This document shows positions 49,808 through 58,693 of a DNA stretch of 64,000 nucleotides, one piece after another. The DNA lies in NCBI GenBank assembly GCA_963706955.1, contig CAVPOC010000008.1:608001-672000 (forward strand). Direction: 5' to 3'. The notes under the pieces are model-generated. The model ran no database searches and was not told the origin of the DNA. It was given only the letters and a program-made list of their open reading frames with translations. Each line of letters starts with the position of its first letter. The stretch's first letter is position 1. This DNA comes from an uncultured Verrucomicrobiae bacterium (GTDB taxonomy: Bacteria > Verrucomicrobiota > Verrucomicrobiia > Chthoniobacterales > Terrimicrobiaceae). The position numbers and the translations under genes were made by a program.

Positions 49808-49840
49808 CTTAAAACTTACAAACTTAAAACCTAAAACTTT
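49808..49840 (+). repeat. Imperfect heptamer tandem repeat (CTTAAAA) abutting the hisC start
   Basis: CTTAAAA CTTACAAA CTTAAAA CCTAAAA CTTT ATG. Confidence 0.7.
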
Positions 49841-50968
49841 ATGTGGAAGACAGCGCACCAGCACATTCTAAAGCTCGTTTCCTATGAGCCTGGCAAGCCC
49901 GTCGAAGAGTTGGCACGCGAAATGGGCTTGCAACCCGAGGAAATCGTCAAGCTGGCCTCCAATGAGAATCCGCTCGGCCCCTCGCCGAAAGCTGTGGCCG
50001 CGATGCGCGACGCCCTCGATCGCGCCCACTTCTATCCCGACGGTGGTGGCTGGGCACTGCGCACCGCCATCGCAGAAAAGCTTGGTCTGACTCGGGAAAA
50101 TGTCGTTCTGGGCAATGGTTCGAATGAAATCATCGAATTCATCGGGCATGCATTTCTGCGGCCTGGCGATGAGGTCATAACCGCGCGTCACGCATTCGCC
50201 GTCTACACGTTGATGGCGCAACTCTTTGGAGCGAAGACAATCGAAGTGCCCGACCCCCGTTTCACCCACGATCTAAAGGCGATGCTCGCCGCCGTGAGCT
50301 GGCGAACTCGCCAGATCTTCATCGCGAATCCCAACAATCCAACGGGAACCATGGTTGATCAACAGGAGATCGATGACTTCATGGCCCGCGTGCCTGAAGA
50401 TGTCCTGGTGGTCTTCGACGAAGCTTATTACGAATTTTTGGACAATCCGCCCGACGTCCTAAAGTTTGTCCGCGATGGGCGCAACGTTGTCGTGATGCGG
50501 ACATTCTCGAAAATTCAAGGACTTGCCGGACTGCGCATCGGCTATGGTCTCGCTGGGAAGGAGATCGCTGACGTTCTGCAGAAGACGCGCCAGCCGTTCA
50601 ATGCCAACAGCATCGCACAAGCCGGGGCTCTCGCAGGCATCCATGATGATGAATACATGCGGAAGACCCGCGAGCTCACGCACCAAGGCCGGGAACTTTT
50701 GCAATCCGGCTTCTCATCGATGGGTCTAGAGTTTGTTCCGAGTGCGGCGAATTTCGTCCTGGTGCGAGTGGGCGACGGCGACAAGGTCTTCGACGCGCTG
50801 CTTCGCCGCGGCTTGATTGTTCGCGCGATGCGCAGTTACAAGCTTCCCGAATGGATTCGTGTTTCTGTGGGAACAATGGATCAGAATCGGCGCTTTCTCG
50901 CTGAGTTGGAACGCTTGAACTCCGAAGGACTGCTGGAAAACCAGACGCATCAGACGGCAGGCGCTTGA
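49841..50968 (+). CDS. hisC: Histidinol-phosphate aminotransferase
   Basis: YEPGKP, KLASNENP, NPNNPTG, DEAY, RTFSKIQGLAGLRIGY. Confidence 0.95.
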   Translation: MWKTAHQHILKLVSYEPGKPVEELAREMGLQPEEIVKLASNENPLGPSPKAVAAMRDALDRAHFYPDGGGWALRTAIAEKLGLTRENVVLGNGSNEIIEFIGHAFLRPGDEVITARHAFAVYTLMAQLFGAKTIEVPDPRFTHDLKAMLAAVSWRTRQIFIANPNNPTGTMVDQQEIDDFMARVPEDVLVVFDEAYYEFLDNPPDVLKFVRDGRNVVVMRTFSKIQGLAGLRIGYGLAGKEIADVLQKTRQPFNANSIAQAGALAGIHDDEYMRKTRELTHQGRELLQSGFSSMGLEFVPSAANFVLVRVGDGDKVFDALLRRGLIVRAMRSYKLPEWIRVSVGTMDQNRRFLAELERLNSEGLLENQTHQTAGA

Positions 50969-50969
50969 C

Positions 50970-52316
50970 GTGCTTGCCGAGGATACCATTGCTGCGATAT
51001 CCACGCCGCCTGGCGAAGGCGCCATCGCCGTCATCCGCATTTCGGGCTCGCAGGCCATCGCGATCGCCGAGCAGCTTTTCGCACGAGCCAACTCGGGCCA
51101 CCCGCTTGTCGAGAGAAGGCTGCACTTTGGCTGCTTTCGAGGCCGAGAGGAGAAGCTAGACGAAGGGATGGCTGTCGTTTTCCGCGCGCCCCATAGCTAT
51201 ACCGGGGAGGACATGGCGGAGTTTCACTGCCATGGAGGTGTGCTCGTCGCCTCGCGCCTTCTCGAGGCAGTATTGCGCACCGAAGCTCGCGCGGCTGAAC
51301 CAGGCGAATTCACGCGAAGGGCCTTTCTTAACGGTAAGCTGGACCTGACCCAAGCCGAGGCAGTCATGGACGTCATACGGGCCAGCACTTCGCTGGCTCT
51401 CCGAGCTGCCGAGGAGCAACTCTCTGGACGTCTCGGGCAGGAGGTCGAACAAATTCGTAGCCACCTCCTCAGGACGGTCGCTCACGTCGAGGCTTACATA
51501 GACTTTCCCGACGAGGGGATCGAGCCACACACAGGTGCGAGGTTGCTGGCCGAGATTGGTATCATCCATGGTCGGATCGAACGCCTGCTCGCAACGGCGA
51601 ATGAAGGTCGGATCCTCCGCGAGGGAGTTCGCCTGGTCCTTTGCGGCGAGCCGAATGCCGGAAAGTCAAGCCTCCTCAACCGATTGCTTGGCTTTGATCG
51701 CGCCATCGTGAGTGCCAGTCCGGGGACCACTCGGGATACGATCGAGGAACTCGCCAGCCTGCGAGGTATTCCCTTTCGGATAACCGATACCGCCGGCCTG
51801 AGAGAGACCTCAGACGCCGTCGAGCGCGAGGGCGTGGAACGCGCACGACGAGCCATGGAGTCCGCTGATCTGATCGTGCGGATAGCCGACATCACGCAAA
51901 ACCCGAGACTCGAAGCGAGCCAGGGGGAAAGGGAAATTCTGGCGTTAAACAAGGTCGATCTTCTCGATCCCCAGACAGCCGCGAACCAGCGCCGGCAGAG
52001 CGGACCAGTGGCCATTTCCTGCCGCACCGGCGAGGGAATTGACCATCTCGTAGATTTGATCGTGAGCAAAGCCCGCGGAGATCGCCCTGCTGATGCTCCG
52101 ATGTTGGCCGCAATCAACGCTCGGCATCAGGCGTGCCTGCAACGCGCCCAATCCCGCTTGTCCGAGGCTGCAGAAAAACTCCGGGCCGGCGTTGACCCGG
52201 AACTTATCGCCGTGCCGTTACGAGAAACCCTCGACGCTGTCGGCGAGGTCATCGGTGCGGCGGATGCTGAAGAGATTCTCGGAGAAATCTTTTCCACTTT
52301 CTGCATTGGAAAGTGA
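50970..52316 (+). CDS. mnmE: tRNA modification GTPase
   Basis: DTIAAIST, SYTGED, GEPNAGKSS, GTTRD, DTAG, NKVD, FCIGK. Confidence 0.97.
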   Translation: MLAEDTIAAISTPPGEGAIAVIRISGSQAIAIAEQLFARANSGHPLVERRLHFGCFRGREEKLDEGMAVVFRAPHSYTGEDMAEFHCHGGVLVASRLLEAVLRTEARAAEPGEFTRRAFLNGKLDLTQAEAVMDVIRASTSLALRAAEEQLSGRLGQEVEQIRSHLLRTVAHVEAYIDFPDEGIEPHTGARLLAEIGIIHGRIERLLATANEGRILREGVRLVLCGEPNAGKSSLLNRLLGFDRAIVSASPGTTRDTIEELASLRGIPFRITDTAGLRETSDAVEREGVERARRAMESADLIVRIADITQNPRLEASQGEREILALNKVDLLDPQTAANQRRQSGPVAISCRTGEGIDHLVDLIVSKARGDRPADAPMLAAINARHQACLQRAQSRLSEAAEKLRAGVDPELIAVPLRETLDAVGEVIGAADAEEILGEIFSTFCIGK

Positions 52317-53341
52317 ACATTTACACACGCATCCTTCGACCGCTTCTCTTCAGCCTCGATGCCGAGCATGCGCACCATTTAGTCCTGCGACAGCTCTCGA
52401 TCTTGCCGCCGCTTCTCGTGCAGACGATCTTTGGCAGGCTCCCGCGCTGTCCGCCCCACCAGCTCTTTGGGGTGACATTTCCGAGACGTGTGGGATTGGC
52501 CGCGGGGATGGACAAGAATGGGATCGCCCTGCGAGGCTGGGAAGCACTTGGCTTCGGGTTTGTTGAGATTGGAACTGTTACTGCCCGCCCTCAGCCCGGC
52601 AATGCACGGCCCCGGCTCTTCCGCTATCCCGAGCAAGCCGCTTTGGTGAACCGGATGGGCTTTAACAATGATGGCGCTGACGTAATCGCCGCCCGCCTGG
52701 ATCGCCTTCGCAAGACGGGCAAGTGGCCGGCGATACCTGTCGGAATCAATCTAGGGAAGTCCAAGGATACCCCGCTCGACGAAGCATCCGCAGACTATTT
52801 GTACAGCTTTCGCGCGCTTCGGGGGTTGGGGGACTATTTCGTGATCAACGTGAGCTCCCCGAATACGCCGGGTCTGCGAGAGTTGCAGGAAACTCATCGC
52901 TTGAGTGATATTGTCCGTAGTCTGCGCAGCGAAGACCCGGACGCTCGCCTGCTCGTCAAGATCGCACCCGACGTCTCTGACCAACAGGCTTTCGAGATTG
53001 CTAAGGTCGCCGAAGACCAGAGGCTGGCTGGTCTGATCGCCACCAACACCACGCTCGATCACTCCGCGCTCCCGAACAATCGTGATCAACAGGGTGGTCT
53101 CAGTGGCGCTCCACTTCGAGCGCGGGCAACTCACCTGCTCCAGATGCTGAGCTCACACAGCTCGCTCCCTCTGATTGCGTCCGGTGGCGTAATGGATGCC
53201 GCTTCAGCCAAGGAGAAGTTTGACGCCGGAGCGCGCCTCGTTCAGATCTATACGGGCCTGGTCTATCGCGGCCCACAATTGATCCGCGAGATAGCCGCCC
53301 TCGAATCCGAATTCTCACCTGCTAACCCTCTTAATGCCTGA
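52313..53341 (+). CDS. pyrD: Quinone-dependent dihydroorotate dehydrogenase
   Basis: GLAAGMDK, NRMGFNN, NVSSPNT, KIAPD, GGLSG. Confidence 0.96.
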   Translation: MNIYTRILRPLLFSLDAEHAHHLVLRQLSILPPLLVQTIFGRLPRCPPHQLFGVTFPRRVGLAAGMDKNGIALRGWEALGFGFVEIGTVTARPQPGNARPRLFRYPEQAALVNRMGFNNDGADVIAARLDRLRKTGKWPAIPVGINLGKSKDTPLDEASADYLYSFRALRGLGDYFVINVSSPNTPGLRELQETHRLSDIVRSLRSEDPDARLLVKIAPDVSDQQAFEIAKVAEDQRLAGLIATNTTLDHSALPNNRDQQGGLSGAPLRARATHLLQMLSSHSSLPLIASGGVMDAASAKEKFDAGARLVQIYTGLVYRGPQLIREIAALESEFSPANPLNA

Positions 53342-54212
53342 CTGGAAATCGACAACCCTCACCCTCGGCCATTCGCCGGATCCGGATGACGCCTTCATGT
53401 TCTACGCAATGGCGGAAAACAAGATCGACTTGAAGGGCTATCGTTTTAGCCACATCCTCGAAGATATTCAGACGCTCAATGAGCGCGCAACGCGTGGCGA
53501 ACTACATATCACCGCACTCTCGATCCATGCTCTGGCCTACGTTCTGGATCGCTACGCGCTCCTCCCAAGTGGGGCGAGTATGGGCAACGGATACGGTCCC
53601 GTTTTCGTCACGAAGGATTCTCATGGTCTCTCTGAAGGCGCCGACGATCTAACCAAGAAGAACTGGCTTCTCGGCAAAAGAATCGCCGTGCCGGGCCGCA
53701 TGACGAGCGCATTCCTGGCGGCGCAGCTCTTTCTCGGGCAGGATTTCGATTACATCATCGTTCCTTTCGACGAGATCTTTGAAACGGTGCATTCGGGAGA
53801 CGCTGGAGCCGGCCTGATCATCCACGAGGGTCAGCTGACCTACGAGCAAGAAGGCTTCACCGGCGTGCTTGATCTGGGCGAGTGGTGGAAGCGAACGCGC
53901 AACCTGCCCCTTCCCCTCGGAGGCAACGTGATCCGCAAAGACATCCCGCTCGCGGTTCAACGCGAAATTAGCGACATCGTGCGGACCAGCATTCGTTATG
54001 CGTTGGAACATCGCGCATCCGCCGTCACCCACAGCATGGCTCACGCGCGAGGGTTGGATGTCCCGTTGGCGGACCAATTCATCGGCATGTACGTCAACGA
54101 GTTTACAATTGATTACGGAGAAGAGGGCAGGGTTGCCGTCGACCGGTTCTTGAGCGAAGCGGCAGAGCAAAGGCTAATTCCGCAGATCAGTGCGCTGGAA
54201 TTTGTGAGCTAG
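53334..54212 (+). CDS. mqnD: 1,4-dihydroxy-6-naphthoate synthase (futalosine pathway)
   Basis: GHSPDPDDAFMF, GLIIHEGQLTY, LPLPLG, MYVN. Confidence 0.9.
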   Translation: MPDWKSTTLTLGHSPDPDDAFMFYAMAENKIDLKGYRFSHILEDIQTLNERATRGELHITALSIHALAYVLDRYALLPSGASMGNGYGPVFVTKDSHGLSEGADDLTKKNWLLGKRIAVPGRMTSAFLAAQLFLGQDFDYIIVPFDEIFETVHSGDAGAGLIIHEGQLTYEQEGFTGVLDLGEWWKRTRNLPLPLGGNVIRKDIPLAVQREISDIVRTSIRYALEHRASAVTHSMAHARGLDVPLADQFIGMYVNEFTIDYGEEGRVAVDRFLSEAAEQRLIPQISALEFVS

Positions 54213-55956
54213 GCGGCGGATTCTGCCCCGGTTGCTTGGCGACGTTCTCGGCGCTCTTGTCGAGCTTCGTGGCAATCGTCTTACTCTCGGGATTGATCTG
54301 AAGCGCCTTCTGCCAATAGAGAACCGCTTCGGCATTCCTGCCAAGCTTGTCGTAGGCGTCTCCGATGTGCTCAAACACCACAGCGTCGGCTTCGGGAAGC
54401 AACTCGGCCGCACGCAGCAACTCCGTTAATGATTCCTGGAATTTTCCCTGTTTGAAATAAAGCCAGCCCAGACTGTCCACGTAGGCGCCATTGCCCGGAT
54501 CCAACTCGAGAGCGCGTCGGATGAGTTGAGCTGCCTCCTCGAGGTTTTCACTGCGCTCGACCCACATGTAACCGAGGTAGTTGTAAGACCGCGCAGCATT
54601 ATCAGGATCCAGTTCAATTGATTTCCGGAAGAGCTCGCCGGCTTTTACATACTGGCCTGCCTGTTCGGCGGCGGCGCCGTAATCAAAGTAGAAATCGGCA
54701 TTGAGCATGTCCGGTTGGCTATTACCGGCCTCCACGAGTGCCTTTTCGAAGGCTCGCATGGCTTCCTCGTGATGCTTGATCTGGCTGAGAGCAACGGCGT
54801 GATAGTAGGTGAGCAGCCCAGCCTTCGGGAAGCGCTTTCGAGCTTCCTCCAGAGCGGAAGACGCGCCCTCGTATTCCTTTTGCTTGAAGAGCAGATCGAT
54901 CACCTGGAGATGGCGCGGAAGCAGCTGCGGCTCGATGAGAAGAGCTTGCTTGGCGCTGGTCAACGCCTTCTGCTGGCTGCCGATCTTGAGATAGAGCTGC
55001 GTGAGTTGGTCATACGCGGCAATGCTAAGTGGATTGAGCTCGACTAGATCCTCAATGACCTCGATCGCGGCCTGGATCTGGCCGGCTTCAATCAGGCAAC
55101 CTGCAAGCTTCTCACGGATCTGCGGATAAGATGGCCTTAGTTCAACGACCTTTCTGTAAAATGGGAGCGCCTTGCTCGTCTGGCGAGTTAGAACATACAA
55201 GTCGCCAACCTTGCTGAGCACTGCGGGATCCCTTTCCCCAAAAGTGGCCGCCTTTTCCAGAAGGCGGCCGACGCGCTGAAGTTCGGCCTCGGTCAAAGTA
55301 GCTCCCGAGTCACGGAGCACATTGCGGCTGCAGAGTTCGGCCAGCGAGAGCCAGAAGCTGGCATCCTCGCTCTTCGAACGGGTCGCCTTCTCGAGGACCT
55401 GCTCTGCTTTCGCGGTTTGGCCCCCTGACAGATAGACTTCCCAGAGCGCCTCATAGGGAGCGAACGACTTTGGCGCCATTTCGATGGCCGCCTGGGCGTA
55501 TTTGGTAGCCAACTCCGGTTTGTGCAGGTGGCGCAGGTAAGTTGCGCTCAATGCAAGATAGGGAGCCGTTTCCTTCGGCGCCGCCTTGACTGCGTCTTTC
55601 AACACGGAGATTGCCTCGGCTGTCTCTCCGCGGCGAAGGTAGTCATAGGCCACCTTGATAGCTAGGTCGGCGTTGGCGGGATCCAACGCGAGGGCCTTGC
55701 GATAGCTCTCGAGCGCCTTTTCAGGCCCGTCGCTCTCCTCTTCAAAGAGGCCATTGACAAACCAGGCCAGCGCGTCCGCTTTGCGCTGACCCTTACTATC
55801 CAAGGCACGGCTAGTCTGGGCCGCGTCCGTGGGAAGCACATCAGCAACGGCTCCCAGGGCGGCAAAGTCGGCCAGTGCAAAGACGGCACCCGCCAAAAGA
55901 AGGAGGATCTGGCGAGTTCTGCGACCGGCAGCCTCGATTGGTCCCTTCCCGCTCAT
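54187..55956 (-). CDS. Exported TPR-repeat protein
   Basis: Signal peptide, multiple TPRs, YNYLGY..., YVDSLGW. Confidence 0.9.
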   Translation of the reverse strand: MSGKGPIEAAGRRTRQILLLLAGAVFALADFAALGAVADVLPTDAAQTSRALDSKGQRKADALAWFVNGLFEEESDGPEKALESYRKALALDPANADLAIKVAYDYLRRGETAEAISVLKDAVKAAPKETAPYLALSATYLRHLHKPELATKYAQAAIEMAPKSFAPYEALWEVYLSGGQTAKAEQVLEKATRSKSEDASFWLSLAELCSRNVLRDSGATLTEAELQRVGRLLEKAATFGERDPAVLSKVGDLYVLTRQTSKALPFYRKVVELRPSYPQIREKLAGCLIEAGQIQAAIEVIEDLVELNPLSIAAYDQLTQLYLKIGSQQKALTSAKQALLIEPQLLPRHLQVIDLLFKQKEYEGASSALEEARKRFPKAGLLTYYHAVALSQIKHHEEAMRAFEKALVEAGNSQPDMLNADFYFDYGAAAEQAGQYVKAGELFRKSIELDPDNAARSYNYLGYMWVERSENLEEAAQLIRRALELDPGNGAYVDSLGWLYFKQGKFQESLTELLRAAELLPEADAVVFEHIGDAYDKLGRNAEAVLYWQKALQINPESKTIATKLDKSAENVAKQPGQNPPPSSQIPAH

Positions 55957-55972
55957 GCTCGAAGTGTATCTC

Positions 55973-56077
55973 TTACGACTTGTAGCGCAAACGCTTCTTG
56001 TGACGATTTTCGCGCATGCGTTTACGGCGCTTATGCTTCGCGATCTTCGCCTTTCTCTTCTTTTTCAGTGAACCCAT
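55973..56077 (-). CDS. 34-aa basic protein, bS22/AURKAIP1-COX24 (mS38-like) ribosomal protein family
   Basis: MGSLKKKRKAKIAKHKRRKRMRENRHKKRLRYKS*; fills the hisG-TPR gap; absent from the ORF track. Confidence 0.85.
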   Translation of the reverse strand: MGSLKKKRKAKIAKHKRRKRMRENRHKKRLRYKS

Positions 56078-56097
56078 GAACGGTGTGTGAACTCCAA

Positions 56098-56976
56098 CTA
56101 ATAGACGACCTTGTTAAGCGGATACTCGATTATTCCCTCCGCACCCAATGTTTTAAGTTTGGGAATTATCTCCCGGACGATCTTCTCCTCGATGACCGTC
56201 TCGACAGCAACCCACCCAGCCTGGGCCAAGGGTGAAATTGTAGGATTTCGGAGCGCGGGCAATGCCTCAAGCAAATTCTTCAAGTTTGATTCCTGAAGAT
56301 TCATCTTTAGGCCGACCAAGTCCCTGGCATTGATTGCGCCCTTGAGCAGGAGGGTCAGCGTTTCGAGTTTCGCGCGCTTCCAGTTGTCCTCGAAAGCCCG
56401 GTGGTTGACGATAAATACGGGATACGATTCCAAGAGAGTCTCGACAATGCGCAACTTATTGGCCCGCAGAGAAGAACCGGTTTCGGTGATATCGATAATC
56501 GCGTCTACGAGGTCGGGAACTTTGACCTCCGTTGCCCCCCATGAAAACTCTATTTCGACATGGACTCCCGAGCGTTCGAAGAAGCGCCTGGTCAGTCCAA
56601 CTGCTTCGGTGGCTACTCGCTTGCCTTCAAGGTCTTGCACGCTGCGGATCGGCGATTCCTCAGGAACGACCAGCACCCAGCGCGTTGGCCGGGCGCTGGC
56701 TTTGCTGAAGGATAGCTCAGTGATCTCGCGCACGTCTGATTCATTTTCCGCCACCCAATCGCGGCCGGTGATTCCCGCATCGAGATATCCATGTTCGACA
56801 TAGCGACTAATCTCCTGGGCACGCAGCAGCCGGATTTCCAGCTCAGGATCATCGATTGCGGGCCGATAGGAGCGCGTCGATCCCGACACCGAAAAACCAG
56901 CCTTGGCAAACAGGTTGATCGTCGCCTCCATCAGACTTCCCGAAGGAAGACCAAGAGTCAGAATGCGCGAGGTCAT
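56098..56976 (-). CDS. hisG: ATP phosphoribosyltransferase, long form
   Basis: LPSGSL, RAQEI, SWGATEVK, DITETGSSLRAN, C-terminal PTISPL domain. Confidence 0.96.
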   Translation of the reverse strand: MTSRILTLGLPSGSLMEATINLFAKAGFSVSGSTRSYRPAIDDPELEIRLLRAQEISRYVEHGYLDAGITGRDWVAENESDVREITELSFSKASARPTRWVLVVPEESPIRSVQDLEGKRVATEAVGLTRRFFERSGVHVEIEFSWGATEVKVPDLVDAIIDITETGSSLRANKLRIVETLLESYPVFIVNHRAFEDNWKRAKLETLTLLLKGAINARDLVGLKMNLQESNLKNLLEALPALRNPTISPLAQAGWVAVETVIEEKIVREIIPKLKTLGAEGIIEYPLNKVVY

Positions 56977-57031
56977 GCGGAAGGCGGATTAACGGCGAGT
57001 TCCGGTTTTCTCGCAAGGGGAAAAGCTTCTC

Positions 57032-57523
57032 TCATTCTTGCGCACCACCGGAGGTCCCTGCGTGTCGCGCTTGCCGCGCCTGTAAGAACCTAAGGAGCAG
57101 GAAATAGAACAAAGCGGCCGCTGGAGCTGCAAGGAAGAGCGAACCGAGCAGAAGCGGAAACCCGATGTGCAAAAATGTGGTCCACTTCAACATTTCGCTC
57201 ACATGGATGTGGTGCATTTCCATCTTGGGCGGGAAGTGATGCGGATGACTAAGCAGCCAATAACCGAGATCGTACTCGACACGCAGCAGAACCGGCAACA
57301 GCGGTGTGAAGATGTCGTGCAGTGATACAGCAATTACTGCAGCGATCGGATTGCAGCGAAGAAGATAGGCGCCGCCAAGCGAAAGCAGTGTCTTAATTCC
57401 AAAGAGCGGGGTGAAACCGACAAACACTCCAATCGCCACGCCGCCAGCGATCGCATGAGGGGTATCCCGCAACGTGACCAACTTGGATCCGAGATCCTTA
57501 AAATGCTCCATCAAGCTTTTCAC
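57032..57523 (-). CDS. DUF2062 membrane protein
   Basis: DTPHAIAGGVAIGVFVGFTPLFG. Confidence 0.85.
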   Translation of the reverse strand: MKSLMEHFKDLGSKLVTLRDTPHAIAGGVAIGVFVGFTPLFGIKTLLSLGGAYLLRCNPIAAVIAVSLHDIFTPLLPVLLRVEYDLGYWLLSHPHHFPPKMEMHHIHVSEMLKWTTFLHIGFPLLLGSLFLAAPAAALFYFLLLRFLQARQARHAGTSGGAQE

Positions 57524-57599
57524 GCGACAAGCGATAAATGGCGGGTTCGTCGGCTTCCAGATTGAAATTCCGGGAGGCCCGCCATAGTTTGAGACCTCT

Positions 57600-58589
57600 A
57601 TGATCGCCGCTGAGTTTGAGGATGTTCACAGGGATTCGGCATCGAGCTTCTCGCGCTGGCTCATTCCTGCTCTGGTCCTTTCGCTGCTCCTGCATTTCCT
57701 GTTTTGTTTCTGGGCGCGCAATTTTTCCCTGCCCTCGACCGGCCGCGAAGTCTACGAACGGATTGTCCCGCGGACATTCAACCTCGAGCGAGTCGAAATT
57801 GACGCGAAGTTGCTGGCCCCGGAAGAAGGTTCCGAAAAACAGGCTTCGTTGGCGCCGGAAAGCGTCAATTTGCCCGACGAGAAGGCGTCCTTCGAAAAAC
57901 TGATGGCCGACAACAAGGGAGAACCGGCGGCGCCGAAGATCGACCAATCTGTGCTCTCGGAGAAGCCAACGGCTTCTTCAACCACGCTGGAAGAGACCAC
58001 GCAAATGGCCAAGCGGAGCGGCGCCGACAGTATTCTCGAGGATACCCGGGCACTGCAAAAGGCGCTTCTGGCCGAGAAGCCGAGCGCGGCAGGGCGGCCG
58101 ACCGGCAAAGTGCTCGATCCGCAGGCGCTGACCGGTCGTGCCATGGCCAAGACCGGCCCATTGCGTGGCGGCGACACCCCGGGCTTCAGCAACCTGGACG
58201 ATCTTCTCGCCCGCACTGGACCTCTCAGCGCGGAAACCGCGCCGATTCTGATGCCGACCGATTTGCTCTTCGATTACGATCAGGACAGTCTCCGTGTCGA
58301 AGCGTTGGCCAGCTTGGAAAAGCTGGGGACTCTGATCCGACGGAATCCACAAGCCTCCTTCATCATCGAGGGGCATAGCGACTCCTTTGGCTCCGACGTC
58401 TACAACATGGTGCTCAGCCGCCGCCGGGCGGAAACTGTCAAAGCTTGGCTTATCAAGACAATGAATATTCCTCCCCAGCGAATCTCCGCCCGAGGGTTTG
58501 GCAGAACGCGACTCATCGCACCAGCGTCGGGAACCATTGAAGAGCAGCAGATCAATCGACGCGTCGAAATTGTCATCCGGACCAAGTAA
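57600..58589 (+). CDS. OmpA-C (peptidoglycan-binding) protein with an N-terminal membrane anchor
   Basis: SLLLH TM helix; LFDYD, IEGHSD, YNMVLSRRRA, NRRVEI. Confidence 0.9.
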   Translation: MIAAEFEDVHRDSASSFSRWLIPALVLSLLLHFLFCFWARNFSLPSTGREVYERIVPRTFNLERVEIDAKLLAPEEGSEKQASLAPESVNLPDEKASFEKLMADNKGEPAAPKIDQSVLSEKPTASSTTLEETTQMAKRSGADSILEDTRALQKALLAEKPSAAGRPTGKVLDPQALTGRAMAKTGPLRGGDTPGFSNLDDLLARTGPLSAETAPILMPTDLLFDYDQDSLRVEALASLEKLGTLIRRNPQASFIIEGHSDSFGSDVYNMVLSRRRAETVKAWLIKTMNIPPQRISARGFGRTRLIAPASGTIEEQQINRRVEIVIRTK

Positions 58590-58693
58590 ACGTGGATGCT
58601 CCATGCAAAATGCGGATCATCCAGTGGATTTAGGAATTTAGGCAATCGGCTTCAAGAGGTGGGAATGATCTGGCCACACCTCGAGTTGCTTGT

